From Nitrospinales bacterium (GTDB lineage Bacteria; Nitrospinota; Nitrospinia; Nitrospinales; JAJDAT01), in contig JAYOZP010000002.1 in NCBI GenBank assembly GCA_038154245.1, positions 114,928 to 178,927 of the forward strand: a stretch of 64,000 nt of DNA, in the 5' to 3' direction. How positions within the stretch are numbered: position 1 is the stretch's first letter; each line of letters begins with the position of its first letter. Below are positions 9,464 through 20,563 of this stretch, piece by piece. The translations under genes and the position numbers were made by a program. Below the pieces are notes generated by a model. The model had not been told where the DNA came from and searched no databases. It saw nothing but the letters and a program-made list of their open reading frames with translations.

Positions 9464-10033
9464 GTGTTTATTATCCTTGGTTTGGGTAATCCCGGGTTAG
9501 AATATGAGTCCACCCGCCATAATCTTGGGTTTATGGTAGTAGACGCTTTGGCGGAAAAGTATGATGTAAAGTTTTCCGGATCAACAATAAATTGTGTTTA
9601 TGGGGATGGCGAGGTAAGAAATATTCCGGTTAGAATCGGAAAACCCATGACATATATGAACGAAAGTGGGGTTGCCGCTAAAGCAATTCTTTCAGTTTCA
9701 AAATTATCCCCAAATCGTTTGATTGTTGCGCATGACGAGATTGATTTTGTATTTGGAAAAATTAAGGTAAAGCACAAAGGCGGCGATGCTGGGCAACGTG
9801 GTATTCGCTCGATCATTTACCGGTTAAATGACGACCAATTTTCCAGGATTCGAGTAGGAGTAGGAAGGCCTGAAGGTAATCGCGATATTGTTGATTATTT
9901 ATTGTCGCCGTTTGAGGAAGAGGAGTGGCCTGAAGTAAAAATTATTGTTGAACGAGCAGTTGAGACTATTGAAACAACTTTAGAAGACTTAAATCGAAAA
10001 ATAAATAATTCGGAGGAAGAGGAAGAATGCTAA
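9464..10033 (+). CDS. pth: Peptidyl-tRNA hydrolase
   Basis: [30 protein letters not shown] and [15 protein letters not shown] start. Confidence 0.9.
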   Translation: MFIILGLGNPGLEYESTRHNLGFMVVDALAEKYDVKFSGSTINCVYGDGEVRNIPVRIGKPMTYMNESGVAAKAILSVSKLSPNRLIVAHDEIDFVFGKIKVKHKGGDAGQRGIRSIIYRLNDDQFSRIRVGVGRPEGNRDIVDYLLSPFEEEEWPEVKIIVERAVETIETTLEDLNRKINNSEEEEEC

Positions 10034-12102
10034 AGGAATACAAAGGGGAACTGATTTTTGTCGCCGTTTCCTTGGTAGTTTATTTTATTTTTGCCGCGTT
10101 TGGCGCGTCGGAAAACTTCGCTTATCTGGCTGTTGTATTTGGTTTTTTTGGATTATGCGTCGCGTGGAAAATTTATGAATATGTTGACGATCATTCAGAC
10201 GGTAATGATCGAATGGTTGAGATTGCCGATTCTATTCATGAAGGAGCTATGGTTTTCCTTTCTAGAGAATACAAAATTCTAGGCTATTTTGTGGCCTTTG
10301 TTGCCCTTTTATTGATAGTTGTTATTAGCTTTCAAAAAGGACTTTGGATAGGGCTCTGGACGGCGGTTGCTTACGCAGTAGGCGCTGGTTGTTCAATGTT
10401 AGCGGGATTTTTTGGAATGAACGCCGCGACATCAGCTAACGTTCGAACCTCTCAAGCCGCTAATGAAGGCGGTCAAGCTCCTGCTCTTTCGGTTGCTTTT
10501 AATGGCGGCGCTGTTATGGGGCTTTGTGTCGCTAGTTTAGGCTTGGTAGGAGTTGGCGGATTATTTTTATTATTTGCTCGAGGAGATTCTGTTAGCGTAA
10601 TTAGCGGGTTTGCTATGGGAGCTAGTTCCATAGCTTTATTTGCTCGTGTTGGCGGTGGTATTTATACCAAGATTGCAGACGTTGGTTCGGATTTAGTTGG
10701 TAAAGTTGAAGCTGGAATTCCGGAGGACGACCCTAGAAATCCTGGAGTTATTGCAGATAACGTTGGCGATTGTGTTGGCGATACTGCAGGGCTTGGAGCT
10801 GATATTTTTGAATCCTATTGTAGTTCCATGATTGCGGCTTTAGCTATTGGCGCGACAATGTCTACGATGAGAATGGAATATATGTCATTGCCAATTATTA
10901 TCGCGATGATTGGATTAATTGCGTCTATTGTTGGTATCCGTTCTATTGCAGTGTTAAAACATATGGACCCTGCCGATGTTTTGCGCTACACCACTTTTAT
11001 TAGCGCTGGCGCAATGCTTCTTGTATCCGCAATTGTTATAAAAATTATGAATCTTCCAATGGGTGTTTTCTGGGCTCTTACTTTTGGTTGTATTGCAGGC
11101 ATAGCTATTGGATTAATCACTGAGTACTATACAGCTGGAAAACCTGTTATTAAAATTGCTGAATCGAGTAAAACCGGTGTCGCTACCGTTATGATTACAG
11201 GATTAGCGGTTGCTATGGAGAGTACAGCATTACCAATTATGACTATTGCTACCGCAATTTATTTGGCTTCCGCTACTGCAGGTCTTTATGGAGTTGCATT
11301 GGCTGCTGTTGGTATGTTAGCTACAGTTGGGATTACTATGTCAGTTGACGCTTATGGGCCGATTGCCGATAACGCTGGCGGAATTTCAGAAATGGCTAAT
11401 CTTGGACCGGAAACCCGAAAGATTACCGATGGGTTGGATGCTTTGGGCAATACCACTGCAGCTATTGGTAAGGGGTTTGCGATTGGTTCTGCGGCTCTAA
11501 CCGCCCTTGCGTTATTCACCGCATTTTGCCAAGCCGCTCATATTGAATCTATTGATATTACTAAAACGACCGTAATTGTTGGATTTTTCATTGGCGGGAT
11601 GGTTCCTTATGTTGTAGCGGCAATGACTATGACGTCTGTAGGAAAAGGGGCTTTTGAGATGGTTGAAGAAATTCGACGTCAGTTTAGAGAAATCCCAGGT
11701 TTGCTTGAAGGTACTGGAAAACCAGATACCGCAAAGTGTATTGATATTAGCACTGCGGCTGCTCTTCGAGAGATGATTGCTCCAGGGGTTATAGCATTCA
11801 TCATGCCAATTTTAATAGGCGTGGGATTTGGAGCGGAAGCTTTAGGCGGAATGTTAGTTGGCGCGACTCTTTCAGGCGTTTTGTTAGCCTTGTTAATGTC
11901 TAACGGCGGCGGCGCTTGGGATAACGCCAAAAAGTTTGTTGAAGGCGGTATGCTCGGCGGTAAAGGCTCAGAAGCTCATAAGGCGACTGTAGTTGGCGAT
12001 ACTGTTGGAGATCCTTTGAAAGATACTTCGGGACCAGCTATGAACATCCTCATTAAGTTGATGTCCATCGTTTCTTTGGTGTTGGCTCCCATGTTTGTAT
12101 AA
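10027..12102 (+). CDS. hppA: Membrane-bound proton/sodium-translocating pyrophosphatase (K+-dependent type by the GNTTAA motif)
   Basis: 691-aa polytopic protein with [46 protein letters not shown] and [16 protein letters not shown]. Confidence 0.95.
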   Translation: MLKEYKGELIFVAVSLVVYFIFAAFGASENFAYLAVVFGFFGLCVAWKIYEYVDDHSDGNDRMVEIADSIHEGAMVFLSREYKILGYFVAFVALLLIVVISFQKGLWIGLWTAVAYAVGAGCSMLAGFFGMNAATSANVRTSQAANEGGQAPALSVAFNGGAVMGLCVASLGLVGVGGLFLLFARGDSVSVISGFAMGASSIALFARVGGGIYTKIADVGSDLVGKVEAGIPEDDPRNPGVIADNVGDCVGDTAGLGADIFESYCSSMIAALAIGATMSTMRMEYMSLPIIIAMIGLIASIVGIRSIAVLKHMDPADVLRYTTFISAGAMLLVSAIVIKIMNLPMGVFWALTFGCIAGIAIGLITEYYTAGKPVIKIAESSKTGVATVMITGLAVAMESTALPIMTIATAIYLASATAGLYGVALAAVGMLATVGITMSVDAYGPIADNAGGISEMANLGPETRKITDGLDALGNTTAAIGKGFAIGSAALTALALFTAFCQAAHIESIDITKTTVIVGFFIGGMVPYVVAAMTMTSVGKGAFEMVEEIRRQFREIPGLLEGTGKPDTAKCIDISTAAALREMIAPGVIAFIMPILIGVGFGAEALGGMLVGATLSGVLLALLMSNGGGAWDNAKKFVEGGMLGGKGSEAHKATVVGDTVGDPLKDTSGPAMNILIKLMSIVSLVLAPMFV

Positions 12103-12120
12103 GAATTTAGATACTTAAAA

Positions 12121-12156
12121 GGCCGGATGAGGTTTCCTCATCCGGCCTTTTTTTTT
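12121..12156 (+). terminator. Rho-independent terminator after hppA (possibly bidirectional, shared with pilB)
   Basis: 12-bp perfect stem GGCCGGATGAGG / CCTCATCCGGCC, followed by nine T. Confidence 0.85.
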
Positions 12157-12219
12157 GATTATCCTATTTTAGTGATTTCTACCTGAAGTTAACTGTTTTA
12201 GAGGTTAGAAAACGTATTA

Positions 12220-13929
12220 CTAGGCAAAGGTGACGCGGTTAACTTCTTCAATGGTTGTGTAACCGCCTAGTACTTTGGAAAGAGCGTCTTGCCTAATGGT
12301 TTTGAGGCCTTGAGTTTTTTGAGCCAGTTGTCGAATGGACATTGGCGCGGCTTCTTTTAATATTAGTTCTCTAATTTCATCAGTTACAACCAAAACTTCG
12401 AATACTCCCATTCGGCCCGCATAACCGCTTTTTTTGCAAGCTTTACAACCCTCTCCTTTAAAAAGGGTAATTTTTTTGTCCGTTCCGCGGGGATATAGTT
12501 GGGCAATTTCACTTCTATCGGGTTCATAAGTAATTTTGCAGGTTTTACAAATTTTTCGAACCAAGCGCTGAGCTAAGACTCCCACAATTGAAGAAGCTAA
12601 TAAAAACGGTTCGACTCCCAAATCAGAAAGTCGGGAAATTGCTCCGGCTGTATCGTTAGTATGAAGTGTGCTAAGAACTAAATGCCCAGTTAAGGCCGCT
12701 TGAATAGCAATTTCGCTGGTCTCGCCATCTCGGATTTCCCCAACCATAATGATATCTGGATCTTGCCGCATAAGGGACCGCAGTCCAGTTGCAAAGGTGA
12801 CGCCAGCTTTAGCGTTAACCTGGGTTTGACGGATTCCAGGGAGCCTGTATTCCACAGGATCTTCAATAGTTTTAATATTTTTTCTATCGTCGTTGATAGC
12901 GCTTAATGAGCCATATAATGTTGTTGTTTTTCCACTTCCAGTAGGACCTGTAACTAAAATAACTCCATAAGGTTTAGACAAAAGAGTGGAAAATTTTTCT
13001 AAACTACTTCCCATTAAACCAGAGTCTTTCAAGTCAACATTGAGTTTGCTTTTGTCTAATATCCGGAGAACAACGTTTTCTCCATATATAGTTGGACAGG
13101 TAGAAACCCGTAGTTCAATTTCTTTGCCTCCCAGCTTTGCGGAGAAACCTCCGTCTTGAGGAGCTCTTGTTTCTGAAATATCCATATTAGCTAAGACCTT
13201 AATCCGAGAAATAAGGGCAGACTCTACTCCTTTTGGAGGGCTGGTCGCTTTAAATAGAACGCCGTCTATTCTATAACGTATAGCTAGGTCGCCTTCTTCT
13301 GGTTCTATATGGATATCACTCGCTCCATCGTCCAAAGCTTGTTTTAAAACCATTTCTACCAATTTCGCAACTGGAGTGTCGGCAGTACCCTCTTCTAGAG
13401 CTGGCGCAGCGTCTCCCTCTAAAGCGGCCTGAGACTCTTCTTTTTTTACATCTAAAGCCCCTAGGCTTTTCATCGCTGCATTTATAGATGCTGCGACTCC
13501 ATAATGTTCCTGGATGGCTCGATCAATATCTTCCTGGCTCGCTACTGCTGTTTCCACATCCATACCCGCTTGAATAGTCACTTCATCAATAGCAAAAATA
13601 TTCAAAGGATTGGCCATTGCGATATGGAGTATGCCGTCTTTAATGGCAATTGGCATTAGTTTGTGTCTTTCGGCGACGGCTTGATTTACTTTTGCTACTG
13701 CTTCCGCTTCTATTTTTACGTCTTGCATGTCTAAGAATGGGATTCTTAGCTGAGCGGCTAGATTGCTGAGCATGCGTTCTTCAGAAATAAAGCGCATTTT
13801 GATTAGGATTTCTCCTAATTGGCCGCCATTTTGTTTTTGATATGCAAGGGCTTTACTTAATTGGTCTTGATCAATAGCGCCAGCTTGGATTAAAACGTCG
13901 CCTAACCTAAGTTTTTCTCGAATAGCCAT
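12220..13929 (-). CDS. pilB: Type IV pilus assembly ATPase (GspE/PilB family)
   Basis: N-terminal T2SSE_N-type domain (LGDVLIQAGAIDQDQLSKALAYQKQNGGQLGEILI). Walker A GPTGSGKTTT, Walker B DPDIIMVGEIRD, His box GHLVLSTLHTN, and a tetracysteine motif CKTC...CKACKKSGYAGR. pilC and a prepilin also lie in this window. Confidence 0.8.
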   Translation of the reverse strand: MAIREKLRLGDVLIQAGAIDQDQLSKALAYQKQNGGQLGEILIKMRFISEERMLSNLAAQLRIPFLDMQDVKIEAEAVAKVNQAVAERHKLMPIAIKDGILHIAMANPLNIFAIDEVTIQAGMDVETAVASQEDIDRAIQEHYGVAASINAAMKSLGALDVKKEESQAALEGDAAPALEEGTADTPVAKLVEMVLKQALDDGASDIHIEPEEGDLAIRYRIDGVLFKATSPPKGVESALISRIKVLANMDISETRAPQDGGFSAKLGGKEIELRVSTCPTIYGENVVLRILDKSKLNVDLKDSGLMGSSLEKFSTLLSKPYGVILVTGPTGSGKTTTLYGSLSAINDDRKNIKTIEDPVEYRLPGIRQTQVNAKAGVTFATGLRSLMRQDPDIIMVGEIRDGETSEIAIQAALTGHLVLSTLHTNDTAGAISRLSDLGVEPFLLASSIVGVLAQRLVRKICKTCKITYEPDRSEIAQLYPRGTDKKITLFKGEGCKACKKSGYAGRMGVFEVLVVTDEIRELILKEAAPMSIRQLAQKTQGLKTIRQDALSKVLGGYTTIEEVNRVTFA

Positions 13930-14127
13930 AAGAATTGGGTTTATAAACTTAAGGAAGTCTTAATGAATTGGTCAAAAGCTCTTATTTCGAGGGCCTTTGC
14001 CGCTAATAATTTTTTACCGAAAAATTTGCCGCCGGGAAAAACTTTCCCATCGAAAAACGATCCCAAAATACTAGCAATTATCCTATAAAACCCTTTTTTA
14101 TAAGAGTTTAAGGGTTCCTGTTTTTTT

Positions 14128-14143
14128 TGGCATATCTTTTGCT
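14128..14143 (+). promoter_or_regulatory. Sigma-54 (-24/-12) promoter upstream of fliK-flgD-flgE
   Basis: TGGCATATCTTTTGCT versus consensus TGGCACG-N4-TTGCW. GG is at 14129-30 and GC at 14141-42, the canonical spacing. It lies 48 nt upstream of the fliK start. Confidence 0.55.
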
Positions 14144-14190
14144 TTAGTAATGGCAAGTAAAAAAACGGAACCAAAGTTTAGGAAAAAATA

Positions 14191-15822
14191 GTGGACGTAA
14201 AAAACAACATAGTCGCATTACTTCAACCCCTAGCCCCTACGGGTAACGATCTTCCGATCAGCAATAAACCGGGGTTAGACGAAGAAAATAGTTTCTCAAA
14301 TATTCTAGAAGAAGCGACCACTAAAGTCAAACAAGCTGATGAGAAGGCTGAAAATCGATCTAGCGATGAAAAACAGTCGTCTAAATCTGAAGAAAAAGAC
14401 CAAACTTCTAAAACTTCCGAAGAGACCAAAAATTCCGATGAAAAGAAGGTTAATGATCAAAAATCTCAAACTGTAAATTCATCTAAAGAATCTTCCGACT
14501 CTGTAAAAGAGTCTTCTATCGCTCAACAAACGGCTGCTACTAAAACGACAGATGTAAACGTAAACGCTGAAGATACGCAAAACGCCGTTGTCCAGCAACT
14601 TCAAGCTTTAGGCTTAGAGCCAGAACAAATCCAAACTTTTTTAAATTTGTTTAATGTTAATGAAACTACTCAAGTTTCAGATGACTTTCTTGAAGCTTTA
14701 GATACTCAACTCAATTTATTCCAAAAAGCTACAGATGTTGAGAAGCTCCCAGTCGCTCCAGTTGAAAACTCTAATCTTTCATCGCTAAAAGCGAGAGAAA
14801 AATTAGCTGCAGATTTTTTAAGAAGCGCCGGAATAGAAAGTAAAGAAGCCGAAAGTTTAGTTCAAAAAATGATTCAAGCTAAAACCGGAGAAACGGTTTC
14901 ATTAGATAACGTAGTGAGCGAAACAGAGACCTCTTCATCTGATAATTCTTTAGAAGCTCTTTTAGGATTCCTGAAAAAACCAGTCCAAAAAGAAATTTCA
15001 AATAAAGAGCAAATCGTTAAATTAGAAAAAGCTTCTGCCGAACAGCAAATTAAACAATCTGAAAACTCACAAGCTGCATTGAAAGCTGGAACTCAATTAA
15101 CAGAAAACGCAGAGATCGCCGCTCCAAGAATTCAAACTCAAGACCCATTGGCGAAAATTTTTGATCAAGTTCAATTCCAAACCGCTTCAACTGAAGAAGG
15201 CGGTTTGAAACCAATTATGACCGGATTCCAAAATTCAGCGGATAACGGTCCTTTTATGGACTTAAACAACGGTAAAACTTCTCCAGAGTTTATGATCCAA
15301 AATGTGGCTAAAGTAAACGAAAACTTTTCTTCTACGTTGAATGAAGTAAAAGCGACCGCGAGCGCAAGTTCCAAAGAATTGCCAAACGGAGTTTCGGAGA
15401 AAAATGTAGTTGATCAGGTGGTTCAGAAGTTTTCGATTAAAGGAACCGATAACCAAAATGAAATTAAAATAAAATTGGATCCTCCCGCTTTAGGTACAGT
15501 GAGGATGAACATAAACACTTCGGGAGATTCGGTTAAAACTACGATCATTGCGGAAAATCAAGCCGTTAAACAAGCTATCGAATCGAATATGAATCAGTTA
15601 AAAGATTCGTTTACAAGCCAAGGTATGAAAATAGAAAGTTTCGAAGTTATGGTTGGCGGAGAACCAGGATTTAAAGAGAATCGACAACAACAGTCTCAAG
15701 GCAGTAATTTTGGAAACTCAAATGCAAATGGATTTGAGCAGGAACCACTAGAAACTAATTTAGCGGGAGCTTATCCCTCTAGATACGATGTTAGCGCAGG
15801 CGGCGTTAGCGTAATTGTTTAA
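14191..15822 (+). CDS. fliK: Flagellar hook-length control protein FliK
   Basis: The N-terminal half is low-complexity and S/E/K/Q-rich. The C-terminal Flg_hook-like domain reads IKIKLDPPALGTVRMNINTSGDSVKTTIIAENQAVKQAIESNMNQLKDSFTSQGMKIESFEV. Directly upstream of flgD-flgE. GTG start. Confidence 0.75.
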   Translation: MDVKNNIVALLQPLAPTGNDLPISNKPGLDEENSFSNILEEATTKVKQADEKAENRSSDEKQSSKSEEKDQTSKTSEETKNSDEKKVNDQKSQTVNSSKESSDSVKESSIAQQTAATKTTDVNVNAEDTQNAVVQQLQALGLEPEQIQTFLNLFNVNETTQVSDDFLEALDTQLNLFQKATDVEKLPVAPVENSNLSSLKAREKLAADFLRSAGIESKEAESLVQKMIQAKTGETVSLDNVVSETETSSSDNSLEALLGFLKKPVQKEISNKEQIVKLEKASAEQQIKQSENSQAALKAGTQLTENAEIAAPRIQTQDPLAKIFDQVQFQTASTEEGGLKPIMTGFQNSADNGPFMDLNNGKTSPEFMIQNVAKVNENFSSTLNEVKATASASSKELPNGVSEKNVVDQVVQKFSIKGTDNQNEIKIKLDPPALGTVRMNINTSGDSVKTTIIAENQAVKQAIESNMNQLKDSFTSQGMKIESFEVMVGGEPGFKENRQQQSQGSNFGNSNANGFEQEPLETNLAGAYPSRYDVSAGGVSVIV

Positions 15823-15858
15823 ATAAAATCAAACGAAAGATTTAAACGGAGCAAAAAA

Positions 15859-16524
15859 ATGGTCGGCGGATTAACTCCAATTCCATCAAAGATAGATCCT
15901 AATTCACAAATCCAAAGTGATAAAAGTTCTTTGGGAAAAGACGATTTTATGACTTTGTTGGTCGCTCAATTACAAGCTCAAGATCCCACAAATCCTATGG
16001 ATGCTCAGGACTTTAGCGCTCAGCTTGCTCAATTTAGTACTGTTGAACAAATGTTCAATGTGAATGAAAACTTAGCTGCTTTGCAACAGTCTCAATTAGC
16101 TTTAAATAATACATCTGCTTTGACTTTAATTGGAAAAACAGTCAATTCGACCGGAAATAGCTTTAACTACGCGGAAGGCGCATCGGTAGATTTGAAATAC
16201 AATCTCCCAGCGGACGCCGAAAAAGTAACTATTGATATCTTAAACAGTAGTAGTCAGTTGGTTGCAACGATAGACCAATCAGATGTAAAAGCCGGCAAGG
16301 CTCTCTTCACTTGGTCTGGATTAGATTCTCAAGGCGATGAAGTACCAGCTGGAGATTATACGTTTAATGTAAATGCTCAAGATAGTTTGGGCAATTCATT
16401 TTCAGCCGAAACGTTGTCTTCTGGAAAAGTTTCGGAAGTGATTTTTGATCAAGGGATTAGTTACGCAATAGTTAACGGTGTGAAAATACCAACGACTCAA
16501 ATAACTCAAGTGTCGGGCAATTAA
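15859..16524 (+). CDS. flgD: Flagellar hook assembly/capping protein FlgD
   Basis: LGKDDFMTLLVAQLQAQDPTNPMDAQDFSAQLAQFSTVEQ is the typical FlgD N-terminus. The C-terminal part is Ig-like. Confidence 0.85.
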   Translation: MVGGLTPIPSKIDPNSQIQSDKSSLGKDDFMTLLVAQLQAQDPTNPMDAQDFSAQLAQFSTVEQMFNVNENLAALQQSQLALNNTSALTLIGKTVNSTGNSFNYAEGASVDLKYNLPADAEKVTIDILNSSSQLVATIDQSDVKAGKALFTWSGLDSQGDEVPAGDYTFNVNAQDSLGNSFSAETLSSGKVSEVIFDQGISYAIVNGVKIPTTQITQVSGN

Positions 16525-16545
16525 TTTAAATAAGGAGAAAGAATC

Positions 16546-17778
16546 ATGTCTTTAGTCAGCGCATTATTCACTGGTGTAACGGGATTGTCCGGAAATTCTC
16601 AAGCCTTGGAAGTATTAGGAGATAATATTTCCAATGTTAACACTGTGGGTTTTAAAGCGAGTCGTCCTGTATTTGGCGATATTTTGAGCACCATTTTAAA
16701 TAATGGTTCCACGCAAAGTCAGATTGGTCGAGGTTCGCAATTGAGCGGTGTTGTTCAATCTTTCAACCAAGGTTCTTTTGAGTCCTCGGATAACGCTTTG
16801 GATTTGGCTATCGACGGGTCTGGTTTTTTTGTTGTTTCCCAAAATGGCGGCGACTTTTATACCCGCGCAGGTCAATTTAGATTAAATGAAAATGGTTTGG
16901 TTCAAAATATAACTGGGCAAGTATTGCAAGGTAATCGAATCACCAATGGGACAACGGCTACCACTAGATCTGATGTTGATCTTGCAGGCGTGCAATCTGC
17001 TCCTCAAGCGTCTACTACTTTTACGATTGGAACGAATTTAAATGCCGCAGCTTCTGCTGGAACTACGTTTACCACTCCGGTCTCAACTTTCAATTCTTTG
17101 GGTACGCAAAACGTATTGAGCATAACTTTTACTAAACAATCTGGGGCTAATCAATGGGGCTACGCAATTACGCCATCTTCAGGAACAATTACTGCTGGGG
17201 CTTCTGGTACCGTTACCTTTGATACTAGCGGTCAATTGTCCTTAGTTAATGGGGCGACTGTAGCCGATCAAACGATATCTTTAACTTTTACAGGGGATCC
17301 TGCCGCCGCCGCTCAATCGCTAAATTGGAATTTAGCGGACGCTACAGGAACAAATGGCAAACTTACGGGATTTGCCGCTCAGTCGAATAACAACTCTGTA
17401 GTTCAAGATGGTTTTTCAACAGGTACTCTCGTAGGATTGAGCGTTAATGGCCTTGGAATTATTCAGGGATTATTTAACAACGGCCAAACGGAAAATTTGT
17501 TTGAGGTTGCCATGGCCGACTTTTTAGCTCCAACTGGCTTAACTCGATCTGGGTCTAATTTATTTGCGGAATCTGCCGATTCAGGATCGCCTGTTTTTGG
17601 AACGGCAACTGCCGGTGGTTTTGGAGGTATTGTTGGAAGCTCATTAGAATTATCCAACGTAGATTTGTCGGCTCAATTCGTAACTTTGATTCAAACTCAA
17701 CAGGCTTTCCAAGCCAGCGCTAGAATCATCAATACAACTGACGACCTTTTGACCGAGACGGTTAACTTGGTCAGATAA
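16546..17778 (+). CDS. flgE: Flagellar hook protein FlgE
   Basis: N-terminal rod/hook motif SALFTGVTGLSGNSQALEVLGDNISNVNTVGFK. C-terminal LELSNVDLSAQFVTLIQTQQAFQASARIINTTDDLLTETVNL. Confidence 0.9.
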   Translation: MSLVSALFTGVTGLSGNSQALEVLGDNISNVNTVGFKASRPVFGDILSTILNNGSTQSQIGRGSQLSGVVQSFNQGSFESSDNALDLAIDGSGFFVVSQNGGDFYTRAGQFRLNENGLVQNITGQVLQGNRITNGTTATTRSDVDLAGVQSAPQASTTFTIGTNLNAAASAGTTFTTPVSTFNSLGTQNVLSITFTKQSGANQWGYAITPSSGTITAGASGTVTFDTSGQLSLVNGATVADQTISLTFTGDPAAAAQSLNWNLADATGTNGKLTGFAAQSNNNSVVQDGFSTGTLVGLSVNGLGIIQGLFNNGQTENLFEVAMADFLAPTGLTRSGSNLFAESADSGSPVFGTATAGGFGGIVGSSLELSNVDLSAQFVTLIQTQQAFQASARIINTTDDLLTETVNLVR

Positions 17779-17793
17779 TAAATGACGATTAAA

Positions 17794-17822
17794 GGGATCC
17801 GGTTTACCGGGTCCCTTTTTTT
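17794..17822 (+). terminator. Rho-independent terminator after flgE
   Basis: Stem GGGATCCGG / CCGGGTCCC (one G-U pair), loop TTTA, followed by TTTTTTT. Confidence 0.75.
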
Positions 17823-17875
17823 AATTTGGCGAATTTCTTCTAGCGAAAAGTGTTTGACTTTGCTAGATTGACCTC

Positions 17876-18781
17876 ATGGTTAATGAGCGAATTGATGAGG
17901 TTAAGTCCGCTACGGTTCTCAGATTTAACGATCTATGGAAACGAAATGTTGAGGCAAACTTTCCTAAAATTAAAGTAAATCCAGGCGTTCAAAATCTTAA
18001 AAAGAGATTTAAAAAACTTCCTTCCATTATTGTTGGCGCCGGACCTTCATTAGATAAAAATATCCAGCACTTAGCGCGTATTCAAGAAAAAGCTATTATC
18101 ATTGCTGGAGATGCCGCGTTAAAATCTTTATTGAGTCATGGAATTAAACCTCCTTTAGTTGTTTGTCTTGATCCACAAGAGGATATTGCGAAGTTTTTTA
18201 CAGGGGTTTCGCATGAAGGCATGACTTTGGTTGCTCCAACGATCGTCCATCCGCGAATACTTGATATCTGGGAAGGCAAAGTCATTTTCTATAACAAGTA
18301 TGCGCCCGATATCCCATTGTTGACTGAAATTCAAAATGCGTTACCTCAAGTTGGGGTTTTGACTCCAGGTGGAACGGTTCTTTCGATCGCTTATGATTTG
18401 GCATTTCAAGCGGCTTCCGATCCAATTATTTTTATTGGTCAGGATCTATCCTATGAAAATAAAGCGGTTTATGCGAGAGGTGGGGAAACATCAGGTCAAA
18501 ATTGGGAAACTCTTTGTCGTCGTCAACCCGAAAATATTGTTTACGAAACTGATATTAGAGGACAAAAAATTCCTACCTTAAAATCAATGTCTGTGACAAA
18601 ACAATGGTTTCACTGGGCATTTACTAGCTGGAAAAGAGATACAAGGTTAACTGTTTATAATTGTAGCGAAGGTGGAATTTTAACCGATCATTGCGAATGG
18701 ATTTCTTTTCGGGAAGCGATTTATAAGCATTGTACTAAGAAAGTTAATATCGCCTGGACTTTAAAAAAAGCTTTAAAATAA
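17876..18781 (+). CDS. Motility-accessory-factor-like protein (DUF115 / MptE-like)
   Basis: IIVGAGPSLDKNIQHLARIQEKAIIIAGDAALKSLLSHGIKPPLVVCLDPQE matches the DUF115 core found in Maf flagellin-glycosylation proteins. Adjacent to the hook operon. Confidence 0.65.
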   Translation: MVNERIDEVKSATVLRFNDLWKRNVEANFPKIKVNPGVQNLKKRFKKLPSIIVGAGPSLDKNIQHLARIQEKAIIIAGDAALKSLLSHGIKPPLVVCLDPQEDIAKFFTGVSHEGMTLVAPTIVHPRILDIWEGKVIFYNKYAPDIPLLTEIQNALPQVGVLTPGGTVLSIAYDLAFQAASDPIIFIGQDLSYENKAVYARGGETSGQNWETLCRRQPENIVYETDIRGQKIPTLKSMSVTKQWFHWAFTSWKRDTRLTVYNCSEGGILTDHCEWISFREAIYKHCTKKVNIAWTLKKALK

Positions 18782-18799
18782 ACATATCGATTTTTGTTT

Positions 18800-20563
18800 T
18801 TATAAAACTTTTTCCAATTTCAAAAGCCTTATTAATTGATCGACTCCGGGTTGTTTTGGATCAAGTTCGAGAGATCGTTTGAAATAAATTAATCCTTCTC
18901 GTTTATTTTTCAAGTAATAATAATTTACAACGCCTAAGTTTCTAAAAGCTGTTGCGTAGTTTGGGTTGATTTCAACTGCTTTTTTTAAGAAGTCATTAGC
19001 CGCTTTATAATTCTTCAACGCCAAATAAGTCTCTCCAATTCTACCTATTGGTTCGGGGAGTTCTGGAGCTAAAATACTTGCCTTAACAAAATTTGCCAAA
19101 GCTTCTTCAAATCTTCTTTGTTGATAATAAAGCGACCCCAAATTAAATTGCGTTTGAAAAAAATTTGGATCTAGTTTTATAGCGTTTTCATAATAATAAA
19201 TTGCTTTTTGAGGTTTTCCGGCGATAGTTTTTGCCCGACCTAAGTTAATCCATGCCCTTGTTTTGTTGGGAGACTTTCTTAAAGTATCCATCCAAAGAGT
19301 TTCTTCGGTTTTCCAAATTGAATTTCTTTTAATGGTGGTAAGGCATAAAAATATGACACAAGAGATTAATAATAATTTTCTTCGTAAACGAACATCTGGG
19401 TTGGAAAACTTATGAACAAACCGGGAACCTAAAACTGCAAAAATTAATAATGGACCTAGTATTCCCAGATAGACCCTGTGTTCTGCCGCTAAATCTAATA
19501 AGGTAATTATCGAAGATGAAGGAGAAATAACGATGTAAAACCAGGATAGTCCAAAAAAATAAATTCTGAAATTTTTGTTAATTAAAAAGATCCATAATGG
19601 CACACATATAAACGCGATAGCGGTAAGTAGCTTTAGAGAAAATGTTGCAATAGGAATATCTGGGTCTATGTTTAAATTAAATGGAAAGAGGAACAACTTA
19701 AGGTAATAGAAGACAATTACCGAGGGTTGACTTAGCATGTAATTTAATCGACCAACAACCTCCCCGGCAGTAGAAGGTCCAATGAGAAACTTTTCATCAG
19801 TCATTAGTTTCCACATCAAAGCCGATAAAAACAAAATAGAGAATCCCAAAATTGGCCATCGGAATTTTTTTAATGTCTTAATGGGTTTAGAATCCGATGG
19901 TATTACGCAAATCCAATATAGAAATATTATAGCTGGAAGCGTTATGACGCTTTGTTTGAAACCAAAACCGACGATTGATAAAACCGCGATTAAGGAAATT
20001 GTCCTTGCCCATGCCAAGAGATTTTTATGTTTTTGATTGTTTAAGAACTTTTGAAACGTTAAGAAACCGGTCAAATAAACTGTAGCTGCTAATAGCTCTG
20101 ATCGACTAACAATATAAACTACCGATTCGGTTTGCAAAGGGTGACATAAAAAACCAACGCTAGCTAAAAATCCCGCAAAATTTGCCATAGAATTTTGGTC
20201 TACTGATTCCTTTTGCCCAAAACTCCGAAAAATTTCTAATGTGATAAAGAATACTAATATTGTATTTAGAATATGTACGGCTAGATTGAAAAGGTGAAAT
20301 CCAAACGGGTTTACCCTGTTTAATAAAGCATTGATTGCTATAGTAATTCGGGTGAGGCCGCGAGAAGGATATTCATTGATTACAAAGTTCCAGTTAATTA
20401 TTTTTTCTGGATTTTGAATATTAGCGCCGTTTTTTACATATAAGACGCTATCGAATTGAAGGGGATTGTGAAGATGGTTCGCAAATACGATAATTCCTAG
20501 TAGCGCAATCGCGCAGCAAATTCCAATTTTTGATCTAATGCCTAATAGGGATAAATTATTCAT
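18800..20563 (-). CDS. Polytopic GT-C-like (TMTC/PMT-like) membrane protein with C-terminal TPR repeats, paralogue 3
   Basis: N-terminal multi-TM region with FGFHLFNLAVHILNTILVF and AAEHRVYLGILGP. C-terminal TPR repeats. Overlaps the upstream paralogue by 8 nt. Confidence 0.65.
   Translation of the reverse strand: MNNLSLLGIRSKIGICCAIALLGIIVFANHLHNPLQFDSVLYVKNGANIQNPEKIINWNFVINEYPSRGLTRITIAINALLNRVNPFGFHLFNLAVHILNTILVFFITLEIFRSFGQKESVDQNSMANFAGFLASVGFLCHPLQTESVVYIVSRSELLAATVYLTGFLTFQKFLNNQKHKNLLAWARTISLIAVLSIVGFGFKQSVITLPAIIFLYWICVIPSDSKPIKTLKKFRWPILGFSILFLSALMWKLMTDEKFLIGPSTAGEVVGRLNYMLSQPSVIVFYYLKLFLFPFNLNIDPDIPIATFSLKLLTAIAFICVPLWIFLINKNFRIYFFGLSWFYIVISPSSSIITLLDLAAEHRVYLGILGPLLIFAVLGSRFVHKFSNPDVRLRRKLLLISCVIFLCLTTIKRNSIWKTEETLWMDTLRKSPNKTRAWINLGRAKTIAGKPQKAIYYYENAIKLDPNFFQTQFNLGSLYYQQRRFEEALANFVKASILAPELPEPIGRIGETYLALKNYKAANDFLKKAVEINPNYATAFRNLGVVNYYYLKNKREGLIYFKRSLELDPKQPGVDQLIRLLKLEKVL

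Noticed and set aside
13941-14174. 77-aa minus-strand ORF between pilB and fliK.
   Set aside because: It has no SD and an odd Phe/Lys-rich composition. It also spans the near-consensus sigma-54 promoter for fliK, so it is more likely non-coding promoter DNA.
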